This document shows positions 1 to 12,693 of a DNA stretch of 64,000 nt, one piece after another; the first letter of the stretch is position 1, and every line of letters starts with the position of its first letter. The notes beneath the pieces were generated by a model, which was given only the letters and a program-made list of their open reading frames with translations, was not told the origin of the DNA and made no database searches. The translations under genes and the position numbers were made by a program. Source of the DNA: Octopus vulgaris (taxonomy: Eukaryota); the NCBI GenBank assembly GCA_951406725.2, contig OX597819.1, positions 75,640,001-75,704,000 on the forward strand. Direction: 5' to 3'.

Positions 1-1155
1 CAAAGTCGTAAATATTTAGGGAAAGGCATTGTCATTTTATCTACCGAAATATTAAATGGTACTTTTATTCTATCGTATTCGGATTCATGATTATCAACGT
101 CAACTTTGGCGGGACTTCAAACCAGGAGATAAAGAAGCATAACTACAATAAGGCATTTTGTCCGCTCGCCTGCCGATTATGTCACTCTACAGCGCTGCTC
201 TTTCCAGATTTAACAATAATAATATCTAATGCAGGTCTCAGCGTTAAGGGAAGGCTTAGTTAATTTAAATACGGTTACTCTTTTACACTTTTACTAGTTT
301 CAGGTATTGGACTGCTGCCATACTTGTAAAGGCTTAAGCAGTTATATCGGCCCCAGTAAAGATTTGGTCGAAGTGATCACGAAAAGGTTTGCACTTACTA
401 TTGATAGTATGGTCGGGATTTCACAAGCCGGTATGATTTCTTGTATATCTATACCTAAATAACTCTCCTACATACAGTAGATCATGCGATATATTGTAGA
501 AAGGGTGGAGAATAAATGTGGCTTTGGTAGGTCTCTGATTCGCTGGGTTAAATTCACCTTGGAAAAACCAGAAAGACCAACGACAATGTCTTAGTCAATT
601 TGAATTCAGTAAAGATATGCAAGTAAATACTGCAATGTACTTTGTCCGACACTCTACTGATTCTGCTAATCCAGTGCATTGAAGCTTCGAGTTTCAATAA
701 CAACAGATAGACGACTGAAAACAAGAAAGAAAGAAAAAAAAACAACAAAAATCATATAAAATTACATGAATAAGCACACAGCTCACATGACACTAACTGC
801 ATTTGGGCCTTCGTTGCTTTTGTATTCTTTTCTTGTTTCAGGTTTTTCTTGCTGTATCAAAACACTATGCGTCCGTTAGGAAAAAAAATATCAGCTTTAT
901 AATTAAGTATCTTCGTTTATAATTACAACTGACGATTGTTATTGGCAACCTAATTAACAATCAAAATTAATCATGGAAATTGGTAATTGTAGCTAATAGC
1001 TTTAAAACTGGAATCTTAATTAATAAACATGAATTTATTACTAGACTTCAGAGGCAGTTGAGGAAAAGGCAGCAGGATGATCAGTAAGAGGTAGGTTGGT
1101 GGTTCTATTTTATGACCTGCATCTGTTCTGTTTCTATACTATTATGTCCATTTAT

Positions 1156-1368
1156 AAGGCAGCGAGCTGGCGGAATCGTTAGCACGCCGAGCGAAATGCC
1201 AAATGGCATTCAGTCCATCTTTATGTTCTGAGTTCAAATTCTGCCGAAGTCGACTTTACCTTACATTCTTTCGGGGTCGATAAATTAAGTACCACTTGGG
1301 TCAATGTAATCGACTAGTCCTCTCCCGGCAAATCCCAGGCCTTGTGCTTTTAGTAGAAAATACTATTA
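1156..1368 (+). mobile_element. tRNA-derived SINE, family S1 (Meta-domain-like core)
   Basis: aaggcagcgagctggcggaatcgttagcacg head, B-box-like gagttcaaattc, core cattctttcggggtcgataaattaagtacc; matches copies at 57372 and 57968. Confidence 0.85.
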
Positions 1369-1449
1369 TATTCATTTATGGTATCTAAATATGGCTGGTA
1401 CTGAAACCATGTCAGGATACACTTTTGGCGGAATGAGAGTGTGTTTCGA

Positions 1450-1806
1450 AATGGTTCACATATATAACTATTTGGTCTAAAAATCGCACAGATGCAATTG
1501 AAGTAACCTAGCCTTTGGAAAGATAATATAAAAAAGCTGTACAGAAAACATATATTGCATGAAAACGTGTACTAGTATTCAATCCTATTGAAAGTTTCAA
1601 GATGATCTAAATGGATCAGAGCCACTGCTGAAGCCATGTTTATTATGATTGCATGAGGCGGAGGAAGTTGACGTGGATATGTCTACAAGTCACTGCTCTG
1701 TACATTCTCGACTACACGATATGTATGCATATGGTATCTGTCAGTTATGGAGAGCAACTATGGAAGAATATGAAGAGCTCTTCCCTGAGGTGCAGCTGCA
1801 GTCACA
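1450..1806 (+). mobile_element. Degenerate 3' fragment of an RLE non-LTR retrotransposon (HERO/NeSL-like)
   Basis: Manual translation across frameshifts gives YITIWS..IEVT.P(W)KDNIKKA and EV.RGYVYKSL, resembling the PDIxxWS..ELTVPWE..EVGCRGF endonuclease region; ends directly in (CATT)n. Confidence 0.45.
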
Positions 1807-1909
1807 CATTCATTCATTCATTCATTCATTCATTCATTCATTCATTCATTCATTTATTCATTCATTCATTCATTCTCATACATACACACATAAAACATAC
1901 ATGCAAGCA

Positions 1910-2016
1910 AAAATACTCTGATGATGTTGAAATTTCAATGAAGGAGCCTTGGATCCAGGGTAGAAACCGGTTCTTTCTCTATTGGCAAGTAATTTTGAAA
2001 TAAACTGAATAATGAC
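1910..2016 (+). repeat. Short interspersed element terminus abutting (CATA)n
   Basis: ttcaatgaaggagccttggatccagggtagaaaccggttctttct resembles the reverse complement of 7957-8060; both run into CATA arrays. Confidence 0.5.
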
Positions 2017-2088
2017 ATACATACATTATACATGCATACATACATGAATACATACATACATACATACATACATACATACATACATACA

Positions 2089-2122
<34 letters not shown>

Positions 2123-2291
2123 CATACATACATTAATATAGTCTCATAACTGGTTGCTGAAATGATAATTTTCCACTTTTATCTTGTCTTTGCTGTTCTC
2201 TCGGCATTTGTGCGTTTGAAAATAAATTATTACCTTATTTGTATCGCACAATATACATTTAGGCACTTCTAAAGCAAACATTCATCGTAAG

Positions 2292-2371
<80 letters not shown>

Positions 2372-2467
2372 AAATAAGCATCACCTTATTTTAAAATTAT
2401 ATGGATATGACGCTACTAAATTCTGGTGCCTTCAACTTAAGTACCATATTCATCTGAATCTAAATTT

Positions 2468-2524
<57 letters not shown>

Positions 2525-2531
<7 letters not shown>

Positions 2532-3098
2532 TACAAAACTGGGACAAGAACGCAAAACATCCAGACAATTAGGTGAAACAAAAAAAAAAGAAGGAAAAGA
2601 AAGCATCCGGACAGACGATACAAGGAAAACAAGGACGGATCATTCAGAGTTTTCTATCCGGAGTCGAGTTCCAGATTATCTTTGCAATTTCGGGTGGTTA
2701 TACTCGAGATTGCTCCAATCTGGCCAGCCCCAAGGAAAAATAAGCTAAGAACATTACAGTCCTTGGAAGAAAGCAGCGAATGTATACGAAAGAAGGAAAG
2801 AAAAAAACCCCAGAAATGTTACACATGTATATATAACAGGACATAACAACAGGTGTCTTTCGACTAAGGACGAATGAATTTAAGCTGGCTGGGACATAAG
2901 ATTTAACAAGCACAAGAATGAATATAGATGTTACACGGACAGTAGTCCTACCAAGAAAGAAAGATCAGGCCTCGTCGAACACCGGTCACGTGGGGAGAGA
3001 AGAGAGAGAGGTAGAGGCAGAGGGGCGAGAGAAAAATGAAAGAGACAAAGTGAAGTGAAAGATGGAAAATGAGCATGAAGAAAAGGCCAGGAAATGTG
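2525..3098 (-). repeat. Unclassified non-coding element flanked by (TA)n on both sides (possible PLE 3' region)
   Basis: Complex ~570 bp block between TA arrays; pyrimidine-rich on the minus strand like the PLE 3' end at 38630-38930; strand is a guess. Confidence 0.4.
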
Positions 3099-3290
3099 AT
3101 ATATATATATATATATATTATGATAGTATATATTGTAATAGTATATGAAACCTACACGGAGAAACCACCATGTGGGTTCCTTACATGCTAAAAATGGCAG
3201 TCAAAGCCTAAACCACGAAAAAATATTCTTACATTAAAGCACGTTGATATGTACACGAGCAAGACATCTCAGCGAATAAAATATAGTAAT

Positions 3291-3384
3291 CCTTATACTT
3301 TTAAGTTTCGCTTTTACTGACCAAATATATCAACTAATAAAATAACTAATTGATTATTTAATCATCCGTAGCTCATCAGTGAGG
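3291..3384 (-). ncRNA. Type I hammerhead ribozyme motif, elongated stem II
   Basis: Minus strand: cctca-CTGATGA-gct[57 nt with hairpins]agc-GAAA-c-ttaaaa-g-TA-taagg; stem I pairs 4 of 5. Confidence 0.72.
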
Positions 3385-3514
3385 TCGCTGGTTAAATTCA
3401 TAAACATAAAACTGCATTACGTACCGAAAGCCAAAGTAAACACATACGCATTCAGTTCCGTGTTTTCATGGATTCACCTCAGAATGGCCTCAAAGCAACG
3501 TGCAACTCCAGCGA

Positions 3515-3629
3515 AGTATAGCAGTGAATAAATTCAAACTGATACACGTGGTTGAAGAATTTAAATATTTAGTAGTATAGCAGTGAATAAATTCAAACTT
3601 ATACACGTGGTAGAGGAATTTAAATGTTT
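3515..3629. repeat. ~60 bp tandem duplication
   Basis: agtatagcagtgaataaattcaaact(g/t)atacacgtggt..gaatttaaat occurs twice. Confidence 0.9.
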
Positions 3630-3796
3630 AACGTTATAAATATAAAGGTAAAATGATCAAACAATGGTGTTTTCCACTTCGTGTATGTTTCACATTCTAT
3701 TATATTTAAAAATATTTATGTCTTCTGACTTTTAGTACGCATGCTAGCCACTGGTAAATAATTATTTTATAATTTTTACCCTTATGCTTAATAAGT

Positions 3797-3865
<69 letters not shown>

Positions 3866-3868
<3 letters not shown>

Positions 3869-4088
3869 AGCCTTGGCTTCCTGCTGATGAGAGCTTCGCC
3901 AATCGTAAATAATTTTATTTACAAAAGATTGCTTGAAACCATGCATAGTCCAGGAAAAATAGGGTAAATATTTTTATTTTTCATTTCCTTTCAAAATTAC
4001 AACTATCAATGGTTTGCAGTTTAACTACTCTTTCTAGCGAGTCAGACGTCCTGTTATAACCATATCTTATGTGTTTAAATGTACACTG

Positions 4089-4094
<6 letters not shown>
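3866..4094 (+). mobile_element. TA-flanked hammerhead-bearing short element (solo pLTR/retrozyme-like)
   Basis: Between two (TA)n arrays; begins with a hammerhead; 3' part tcttatgtgtttaaatgtacactgta recurs inverted near 16888-16915. Confidence 0.65.
3878..3956 (+). ncRNA. Type I hammerhead ribozyme motif, elongated stem II
   Basis: ttcctg-CTGATGA-gagc..aatc-gtaaata/tatttac-gatt-gctt-GAAA-c-catgcata-g-TC-caggaa; perfect 6-bp stem I, intact core, GUC site at 3948-3950. Confidence 0.85.
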
Positions 4095-4139
<45 letters not shown>

Positions 4140-4141
<2 letters not shown>

Positions 4142-4418
4142 CTATCGGATGTTGTTATATATCGCTAGTCACAATGCACTTCACTTCGTTTTAGTTTTCG
4201 AATAATGCCACCCAGCTGGCTAGGCGAGTAGATCAACGTCCCCTCTGATGGGAAGGTTAGTCCATTGCAGGGTTACCCATTAACAACTGAGTGGGTTGGA
4301 ACAACATGAAATGAAGTGTTTTACTCAAGAGCACAACACATTGCCCAGTCCGGGAGTCGAAACCTTAATGTTACGGTCGTGAGTGCAACAGTCCTAACCA
4401 CTACGATATGCGCCTTCC
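4140..4418 (-). mobile_element. tRNA-derived SINE, family S3 (V/Deu-Nin-like central domains)
   Basis: Minus strand: A-box-like cgtagtggttagg, B-box ggtttcgactccc, then gtgctcttgagtaaaacact and aaccctgcaatggactaaccttcccatc. Confidence 0.65.
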
Positions 4419-4556
4419 CATTATGTATGTATGTATGTATGTATGTATGTATGTATGTATGTATGTATGTATGTATATATGTATGTATGTATGTATGTAC
4501 GTACATACATATATATATATATGTATATATATATATCTATATATATATATATATAT

Positions 4557-4635
<79 letters not shown>

Positions 4636-5063
4636 TACACGCACACACACCGACACACGCAAATAGAATGTTTATGTTTATCATGCGTCTGTAAGAAAGT
4701 ATCCCAGAGGGCAGTGATTTGCTAGTATCTTTTATGCAACCTATACGTTTGTGTCTGTTTACAAATATAAACAGAGCAGAATAAAACGATGAGATGATAA
4801 AAATATTTAATCAGACGTTTCTAGTATAATTGTTTATTGTTTCTTCCAAAAAGTTAGAGGAATAACATAGATTGATAGTGATAAATAAATGGATAGAGAA
4901 ATAGATAGACAGTAGGAAAAGATACTAAAAATTACAGATAGAAAAACGAAGAAAAGAAAGTATAATGCTATACATAATGTGAGTGTAAATTACAATAAAA
5001 TGTGTGTTTAAATAAATTAAACTGAATGAATTTACCATTTTTCATGTCTCATTATAGTGATTT

Positions 5064-5216
<153 letters not shown>

Positions 5217-6290
5217 TTGATGCTAAATTACACCGAGCTATTTATTAGACGTTCTACTGTATGATATATGAATAACTAAATAAACAATGTTAATAATGTT
5301 TACATTTCAATATGCGCTTTCATATTGTTACTTCCCTTTTTATGCGCTCTTTAGACATTTAATGATGGGTATTCATAGGTCTAGCTAGTTACCTATTAAT
5401 GGCTTGCTTCAAAATGTTTCATAGCGTTGCTTCGAGTATTTATGAATCTTCAACGAAAATTTGAGTGATTGCGTGGAGATATGTGATAAATAAATGTTTA
5501 AATTTTTCCATAATGCTATGTGTGTATATAAGGTTGAATTAGTATATGGAGAGAGAAAGAAAGAGAGAGAGAGGGAGAAAGAGAGAGAGAGAGAGAGGAG
5601 GGAGTGTGTGTGTGTAGGGAGGGGGGCAAGCAGCATGAAAAAGAGACAACACAAATAACAATGTAGAGAAACGCAAGAAAATATTTGGTTTTAATAAATA
5701 TTTGAAAGATATTATTTATTGAAACGTTCACGATAGAGCTAACATCATCTAGATAGTTTTCTATTGAAGACTCGAGCGTGTGGGGTGCGTGTGAGTTTCT
5801 TCATGAATTTCAAAGGACAGGTTCCAAATGAGAAACGAAAGATGCTTTATTTGTTAATGGAATATATTTCCTTTGAAGAATTTTCTCTTTTTGGAATCAA
5901 AGGACTAGTTATATAAGCCATGATTTATCTGAAGTTTAATGGAAGAATTTTTGAAGATTCTTGTTTTTGTTAAATTAATAGGTGAAAAAATATCAGAATT
6001 TTACAAATCAATGAATTTAAATATTTCCCTTCTCTCTATGTCTCTCTCTCTCTCCCTGTTTCAACATTGCCTGTCCTTATATATGTACATATACATTTAC
6101 TTACATACACACACACATATATATATTCACACATACATACATACTTTCATGCATGCATACATATATACATACGTACATGTATAGGCAATCTCACAAACTC
6201 ACGTACATTCTACTTACAATAATTTAGTATACATACAAGTACACAGACACACATGTAACAGATATTGATTCATGTATGTGTGTTTGCATG

Positions 6291-6386
<96 letters not shown>

Positions 6387-6387
6387 T

Positions 6388-6559
6388 ACGACTGGTTTCA
6401 TTCATTTTCCGTCTACCAAATCCACTCACAAGACTTTAGTCGGCCCGAGGTTATAGTAGAAGACACTTTCCCAAGGTGCCACGCAGTGGAACTGAACCTG
6501 GAACCATGTGATCATGTGGTTGGTAAGGAAGCTACTTACCACAGAGCCACTCCTGTGCC

Positions 6560-6560
<1 letters not shown>
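6388..6560 (-). mobile_element. SINE family S2, 5' half
   Basis: Reverse complement of the 12308-12470 head (gagtggctctgtggtaagtagc...gtggcaccttgggaaagtgtcttctactata). Confidence 0.85.
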
Positions 6561-6597
<37 letters not shown>

Positions 6598-6789
6598 CGT
6601 GTGTGTGTGTGAGTGTGTATGTATATATATATATATATACATATATATAAGTACACATATATATACGTATATATATACGCACACGCACACACACACACAC
6701 ACACACATATATTTAAATATAGATGTGAGTGTATGTATATTTATATGTGTATATTGTATATCCATGTGTGTATGAATATATTATGTATA

Positions 6790-6835
<46 letters not shown>

Positions 6836-6838
6836 TAA

Positions 6839-6885
<47 letters not shown>

Positions 6886-7446
6886 CATACATATGTATGT
6901 GTGCATGTATGTATGTATGTATATATGTATGTGTGCATCTATGTATGTATATATACATACATACATATATACAGCCATATATTGCATCTGCATTTAATGT
7001 GATCGCTTTCTTTGTCTGAACAATAATGGCGCAGAATCTATTTTGCAACAATTTTCCCTCTCGTCAGCTGCCAAATTACATTATATTAGAATTCAGTTAA
7101 GTAGCGTCTTAGAGTGTTATGTTCCCTTTTGTCCATTCATCAGCATAATTAATTTGTTTATCCTTTCATGATTGACTATTAAGAATAATTTTTGTGTATC
7201 TAGATGAAGCCAATATACATTTAAAAGTAAGTTCTTATCCGACGGCCGCACTGCTATATGTCAATAATATTTCTAATCTAAGAAATGCTGAAAATGTAAC
7301 GTTATGTAAAGGATTGCATAAGCTGACGAAGCTTCCTTAAAGGACTCAGATATAAAATAACAAAGGGAGGTAACTTTTATTTCTAAAGTCAGACATTTTG
7401 AAATTAGGTATGAATGGTATCAGTGTTTGCATGTTAATGTGTTTGT

Positions 7447-7952
7447 GTATGTATGTATGTATGTATGTATGTATGTATGTATGTATGTATGTATGTATGT
7501 ATGTATGTATGTATGTTTGTATGTATGTAAGTATGTATGTGTGTATGTATGTGTGTATGTATGTATGCGTGTGTATGTATGTATGTATGTATGTATGTAT
7601 GTATGTATGTATGTACGTGTGTATGTATGTATGTATGTATGTGTGTATGTATGTATGTATGTATGTGTGTATGTATGTGCGTGTGTATGAATGTATTTAT
7701 GTATGTATGTATGTATGTATGTATGTATGTATGTATGTTTGTATGTATGTATGTATGTATGTGTGTATGTATGTGTGTATGTATGTATGTATGTATGTAT
7801 GTATGTATGTATGTATGTATGTATGTATGTATGTATGTATGTGTGTATGTATGTATGTATGTATGTATGTATGTGTGTATGTATGTGTGTGTGTATGAAT
7901 GTATTTATGTATGTATGTATGTATGTATGTATGTATGTTCGTATGTATGTGT
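7447..7952. repeat. Long imperfect (TATG)n microsatellite (representative of dozens of TA, CA, TATC, TATG, TAA, TAG and CTT arrays)
   Basis: Direct inspection. Confidence 0.97.
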
Positions 7953-8451
7953 GCATTAATGTTTTGGTCTGTTTTTAATTATTTAAATTCTCATCTAAAG
8001 AAGGAGCTGGTTTCTAATAAAGATACAAATCTCCATCGTTGGAATGTTGATGACAAAAACAATGTCACGTTTTAAACTTTAAAAACGCCTTGCATAACTT
8101 TACCGTTCCTCTTATAGATTGTATTCGTAATGTACGAGTTAGTTGTTTGATTTCTTTTTCTGATAACTCTAGTTTATCCAGATATCAATTCTTAAGTATT
8201 TACTCACAGTACCAAATACACCAATTATTAATGGTAAAAATGTGAATATATAATTCGGTTATAGAAGCTGGAGGTTTCAATGCAGTTACCTATAGTTATC
8301 TTCTTTCTCTTTGATCTTCAAAGAATTATTCATATCAGCAGGACAGATATACATACGTACATACATACGTACATTCGTGTTTACGTGAAATATTTTGAAT
8401 AATATATGAATAAATAAATGGAGTTTAACGCAGGTGTAATCAAATATTTTT

Positions 8452-8537
8452 ACTTTCGACACATGTTTCGAAACTTCCACTGATACTATTCAAAAGAATA
8501 AATGGTATAAACAATGCAATCTTCTCCTCAGGAAAGT
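8452..8537 (-). ncRNA. Type I hammerhead ribozyme motif, elongated stem II
   Basis: Minus strand: actttc-CTGAGGA-gaa[irregular hairpin cattg/cagtg, atac/gtat, tattc/gaata]ttc-GAAA-c-atgt-g-TC-gaaagt; perfect 6-bp stem I; inside repeat 8375-8545. Confidence 0.85.
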
Positions 8538-8589
8538 GAAAAAAGTTGAGTTGTCTGTTGAAGAGATCCACTCCATAGACGTTAAAAAA

Positions 8590-9430
8590 GCGTTTTGTTC
8601 TCGTTTGTTCCAAACAACAATATCCGGCCTGTTGATGTTTACACTTCATAGTTTTAATGATTTTTTTTTATTCCTTGAGCTGATATTAGCGTACGTATTC
8701 AATAACGGGGATACTCTATATTTATTCTGAGACAATCTTTTTTCCCGGATGACATTGTAAATTGTCTCTGCGATAGTGTCATGTTTCATAAGGCAGTACT
8801 ATTCATTTATGTGATATTTTCCACAGGAATATGACAATCTACATTTTCAGTTGCATCTTGGAACGCCAAAAGCTTCACCGTCGCTTTTGTTTATTAGGAA
8901 TTTTGTAGGAATCTCCTGTTCTTGGATTGCAAACGTATAACCTTCGAAGTGTGATGTGGTATATCGCTCACAAGACCAAAAGAGGCTTCGTTTCAGGTCA
9001 ATGTTGCATTCTACATCAAGTTTTCAGGAAGCATACCTATGCATAATCTTGTTTTAGTATGCTGAGTGTTCCGCATCTAGGATTTCTTTGTGGCATGTTA
9101 GGCTATTTGGGGGGTTGTATAGGAGGTCATCAGGAAGAGACGGGTAGGTTATTGGTCATTTCACTTTTCAGTACAAAGTTAATGTATTTACTTTTGCTGC
9201 TGTTGTTTAGCAGGTGCTGTCTGAGAGCGACTATACAACATTCGAAGTCTGTCTGCACTGATTTGAAACCTCTACCTCATTCATCTCTTCTTAGGCAGAA
9301 CCTGAACGTATCACTTTTTGTGGAGATTTCCAGTTGATGTCACACTCTTGCGTGTTTTAACGTCTATGGAGTGGATCTCTCCAAAAGACCACTCAAATAT
9401 TTCAAATGTTGGAATCAGCACTGGTATTGC
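8590..9430 (-). mobile_element. Old R4/Dong-like LINE fragment (post-RT region, zinc knuckle, RLE)
   Basis: Manual translation: LIPTFEIFEWSFGEIHSIDVKTRK, SHFEGYTFAIQEQEIPTK, CRL..KHDTIA, NRPDIVVW; many stops and frameshifts. Confidence 0.75.
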
Positions 9431-9511
9431 AAGTGCGTTGTAGGATACTGTCTTATTTTAAGGAGACTGTAAGTATGTATGTGTTTGTATGTATGTATAT
9501 ATGTATGTATG

Positions 9512-9545
<34 letters not shown>

Positions 9546-9883
9546 TGTATGTATGTATGTATGTGTGTGTGTGTATGTATGTATTATGTAAGTACGTACG
9601 TATTTTTGTATGCATGTATGTATGTACGTACGCATGTATGTATGTATGTATGTATGTATACATGTAAGTGTACGTATGCTTGCAGCTAAATACATTCATA
9701 AATACAAATAAACACATTGTGTTAACCACACACGCATACAGGCAAACAAGCGTGAACACATGAACACACACATGTACACACACAAGAATGCTTGTCTATA
9801 ACTTTTAGTTAACTAAGACTTATCCAGTGGGGTCTGGCAGACGAATGCTATCCAGAAAACTCTGTGTGTGTGTATCTATCTAC

Positions 9884-9974
<91 letters not shown>

Positions 9975-10069
9975 CATCTTTGTGTATCAATCCAATTTCT
10001 CTCATATGTATGTGTATGTGTGTCTATGTGCCTGTGTTTGTGTGTGTGTACGTGAGCACGTCTGTATGC

Positions 10070-10144
<75 letters not shown>

Positions 10145-10750
10145 CGCGTGTGTGCGCGTGTGTGTGTATATGTATATATATACATACAAACACATGTACA
10201 CACATAAAATTATCATGATGAAACCAACTCGCTGACGCAAACAGCGACATAGCTGCCGGTGTTCTTCACAGTGATATCCAAGAATTCGAATACTTGCACG
10301 GGCGTGTAGTTTTTTTTGCCTGAATTAGCACCATTGAACTGACAGGTTTCTAAATGATGATTTCAGTTGATAGCTGTATCACTTAGTAACTTAGAATAGG
10401 ACTAAATACACAAAGACACTTATACACATATATGTAAATTGGTTTATCGTTTACACAAACACGTTCACATGCAACCACAAACACGTGACGTTTCATTTAA
10501 GACATCCAATTACACATTCCTTCAAAGAGTGATATCTTGATAATCTATGGACTGTGTGGTATTTGTGCGTTGATTAATCACGAACAGGCAACGGCTGATA
10601 ACAATAGTTTTCTTGCAGCTGCTATAAAATTGTAACATGTGGAACGCTATCAGAAATATAGACTCGGAGCTACATACTCAGACACGCATGTACACGCGAA
10701 TTTGCCTGGGATGTATATATATATATATACGTACATACATACATACATAC

Positions 10751-10840
<90 letters not shown>

Positions 10841-10843
<3 letters not shown>

Positions 10844-11270
10844 TAAATAAATGGAGTTTAACGCAGGTGTAATCAAATATTTTTACTTTCGACACATGTT
10901 TCGAATATTCCACTGATACTATTCAAAAGAATAAATGGTATAAACAATGCAATCTACTCCTCAGGAAAGTGAAAAAAGCGAAACTCGTCATTTTTGCTAA
11001 AATGTCTTATTGACGAGTTTCGCTTTTTTCACTTTTGAATAGTATCAGTGGAATTTTCGAAACATGTGTCGAAAGTAAAACTATTTTATTACACCTGCGT
11101 TAAACTCCATTTATTTATTCATATATTATTCAAAATATTCCACGTAAACACGAAGTTTCTACCTTTATAAACAAGGAGTTATAACATCTTTACTTGTGAG
11201 ATTTTTGCTACCCTGGTAACTATTTATTTATTTTTTCCGTGTTAATTGTTAACAAGGTAAAAATACACTC

Positions 11271-11275
<5 letters not shown>
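10841..11275. mobile_element. Inverted pair of pLTR-like repeats (fold-back) in (TA)n
   Basis: 10841-10990 is the reverse complement of 11011-11120 except for a ~40 bp internal deletion in the right arm; near-identical to 8375-8545. Confidence 0.8.
10885..10970 (-). ncRNA. Type I hammerhead ribozyme motif (second copy of 8452-8537)
   Basis: actttc-CTGAGGA-gta...ttc-GAAA-c-atgt-g-TC-gaaagt; one mismatch at the base of stem II. Confidence 0.75.
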
Positions 11276-11309
<34 letters not shown>

Positions 11310-11312
<3 letters not shown>

Positions 11313-11499
11313 AGAATTCACAAAAAAAACAACAAAAGACGAAGACAGGTGGTGTATACAAAAAACAGATGTATTTGTTTAACGCTCGGGAAGTGAAATA
11401 GTCTTTAACGTTTCGATCCTACGCTCTTACACAGAAAGAAGCAAGGAGAGAAAATAAAGAATGTGTAGTTGCTAGCGATCCATCATGGCGAATGATGGC

Positions 11500-11500
<1 letters not shown>
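11310..11500 (-). mobile_element. Solo Penelope pLTR-like repeat with degenerate minimal hammerhead (11402-11439)
   Basis: tcttt-CTGTGTA-a-gagcgtaggatc-GAAA-cg-TT-aaaga followed by cccgagcgttaaac; TA-flanked. Confidence 0.6.
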
Positions 11501-11565
<65 letters not shown>

Positions 11566-11569
<4 letters not shown>

Positions 11570-11820
11570 ACAGTTTACGAAAAAAACAAGAGACGAAGAC
11601 AGGTGCTGTACAGAACAAACAGATGTATTAATATAACGCTCAGGAATAGAAAAAGTCTTTTACGTTTCGAGCCTACGCTCTTCTACAGAAAGGGGCGTAG
11701 AAAAAACAAGGAGAGAAACATGGCGACTGACCTCAGAGAGAAGGGTCACACACGAGAGGGAAAGTAGGGGAGATAACAAAGTAAAGATGACCCCCAAGGT
11801 TGAAAAGGAACACACGAGTT
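11566..11820 (-). mobile_element. Solo Penelope pLTR-like repeat with minimal hammerhead variant (11657-11692)
   Basis: cttt-CTGTAGA-a-gagc-gtag-gctc-GAAA-cg-TA-aaag then ttcctgagcgtt; same family as 11310 and 37725; TA-flanked. Confidence 0.65.
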
Positions 11821-11877
11821 GATATATATATGGAAAAAAGTAAAGGTAGAAAATGCTAAAATAATTTTATAAAAAAT

Positions 11878-12279
11878 ATGAGTGGCTGCGTGGTAAGTAG
11901 CTTGCTTACCAACCACATGGTTCCGGGTTCAGTCCCACTGCGTGGCATCTTGGGCAAGTGTCTTCTACTATAGCCCCTGGCCGACCAATGCCTTGTGAGT
12001 GGATTTGGTAGACGGAAACTGAAAGAAGCCTGTCGTATATATGTATATATATATGTGTGTGTGTGTGTATATGTTTGCGTGTCTGTGTTTGTCCCCCTAG
12101 CATTGCTTGACAACCGATGCTGGTGTGTTTACGTCCCCGTCACTTAGCGGTTCGGCAAAAGAGACCGATAGAATAAGTACTGGGCTTACAAGGAATATGT
12201 CCCGGGGTCGATTTGCTCGACTAAAGGCGGTGCTCCAGCATGGCCGCAGTCAAATGACTGAAACAAGTAAAGAGAGAGT
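11878..12279 (+). mobile_element. SINE family S2 (tRNA head, CORE/V-like domain, internal TA/TG tract, LINE-like tail)
   Basis: gagtggctgcgtggtaagtagc, gggttcagtccc, ..., ggcggtgctccagcatggccgcagtcaaatgactgaaacaagtaaaaga. Confidence 0.9.
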
Positions 12280-12307
12280 ACTGGTTTCGGTCATTGAGAC
12301 TTTTATA

Positions 12308-12693
12308 GGCGTAGGAGTGGCTGTGTGGTAAATAGCTTGCTTATCAACCACATGGTTCCGGGTTGAGTCCCAATGCGTGGCACCTTGGGCAAGTGTCTTC
12401 TACTATAGCCTCGGGTCGACCAAAGCCTTGTGAGTGGATTTGGTAGGCGGAAACTGAAAGAAGCCCGTTCTATATATGTATATATATATGTGTGTGGGTG
12501 TTCCCCCAACATCGCTTGACAACCGTTGCTGGTGTGTTTATGTCCCCTCACATAGCGGTTCGGCAAAAGAGACCGATAGAATAAGTACTAGGCTTACAAA
12601 GAATAAGTCCTGGGGTCGATTTGCTCGACTAAAGGCGGTGCTTCAGCATGGCTGCAGTCAAGTGACTGAAACAAATAAAAGAGTAAAAGAGTA
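12308..12693 (+). mobile_element. SINE family S2, full length, tandem to the previous copy
   Basis: Colinear with 11878-12279 over its whole length. Confidence 0.9.

Larger units (their letters stand above)
3120..3800. mobile_element. TA-flanked non-autonomous PLE/pLTR-like element carrying a hammerhead motif
   Basis: Flanked by (TA)n; hammerhead at 3291-3384 (-); terminal motifs shared with 16790-16960 and 63195-63480; internal ~60 bp tandem duplication. Confidence 0.6.

Noticed and set aside
7318-7360. CTGACGA followed by a small hairpin
   Set aside because: No correctly placed GAAA/NUH
11878-11945. tRNA gene
   Set aside because: A/B boxes belong to multi-copy SINE heads; no complete cloverleaf
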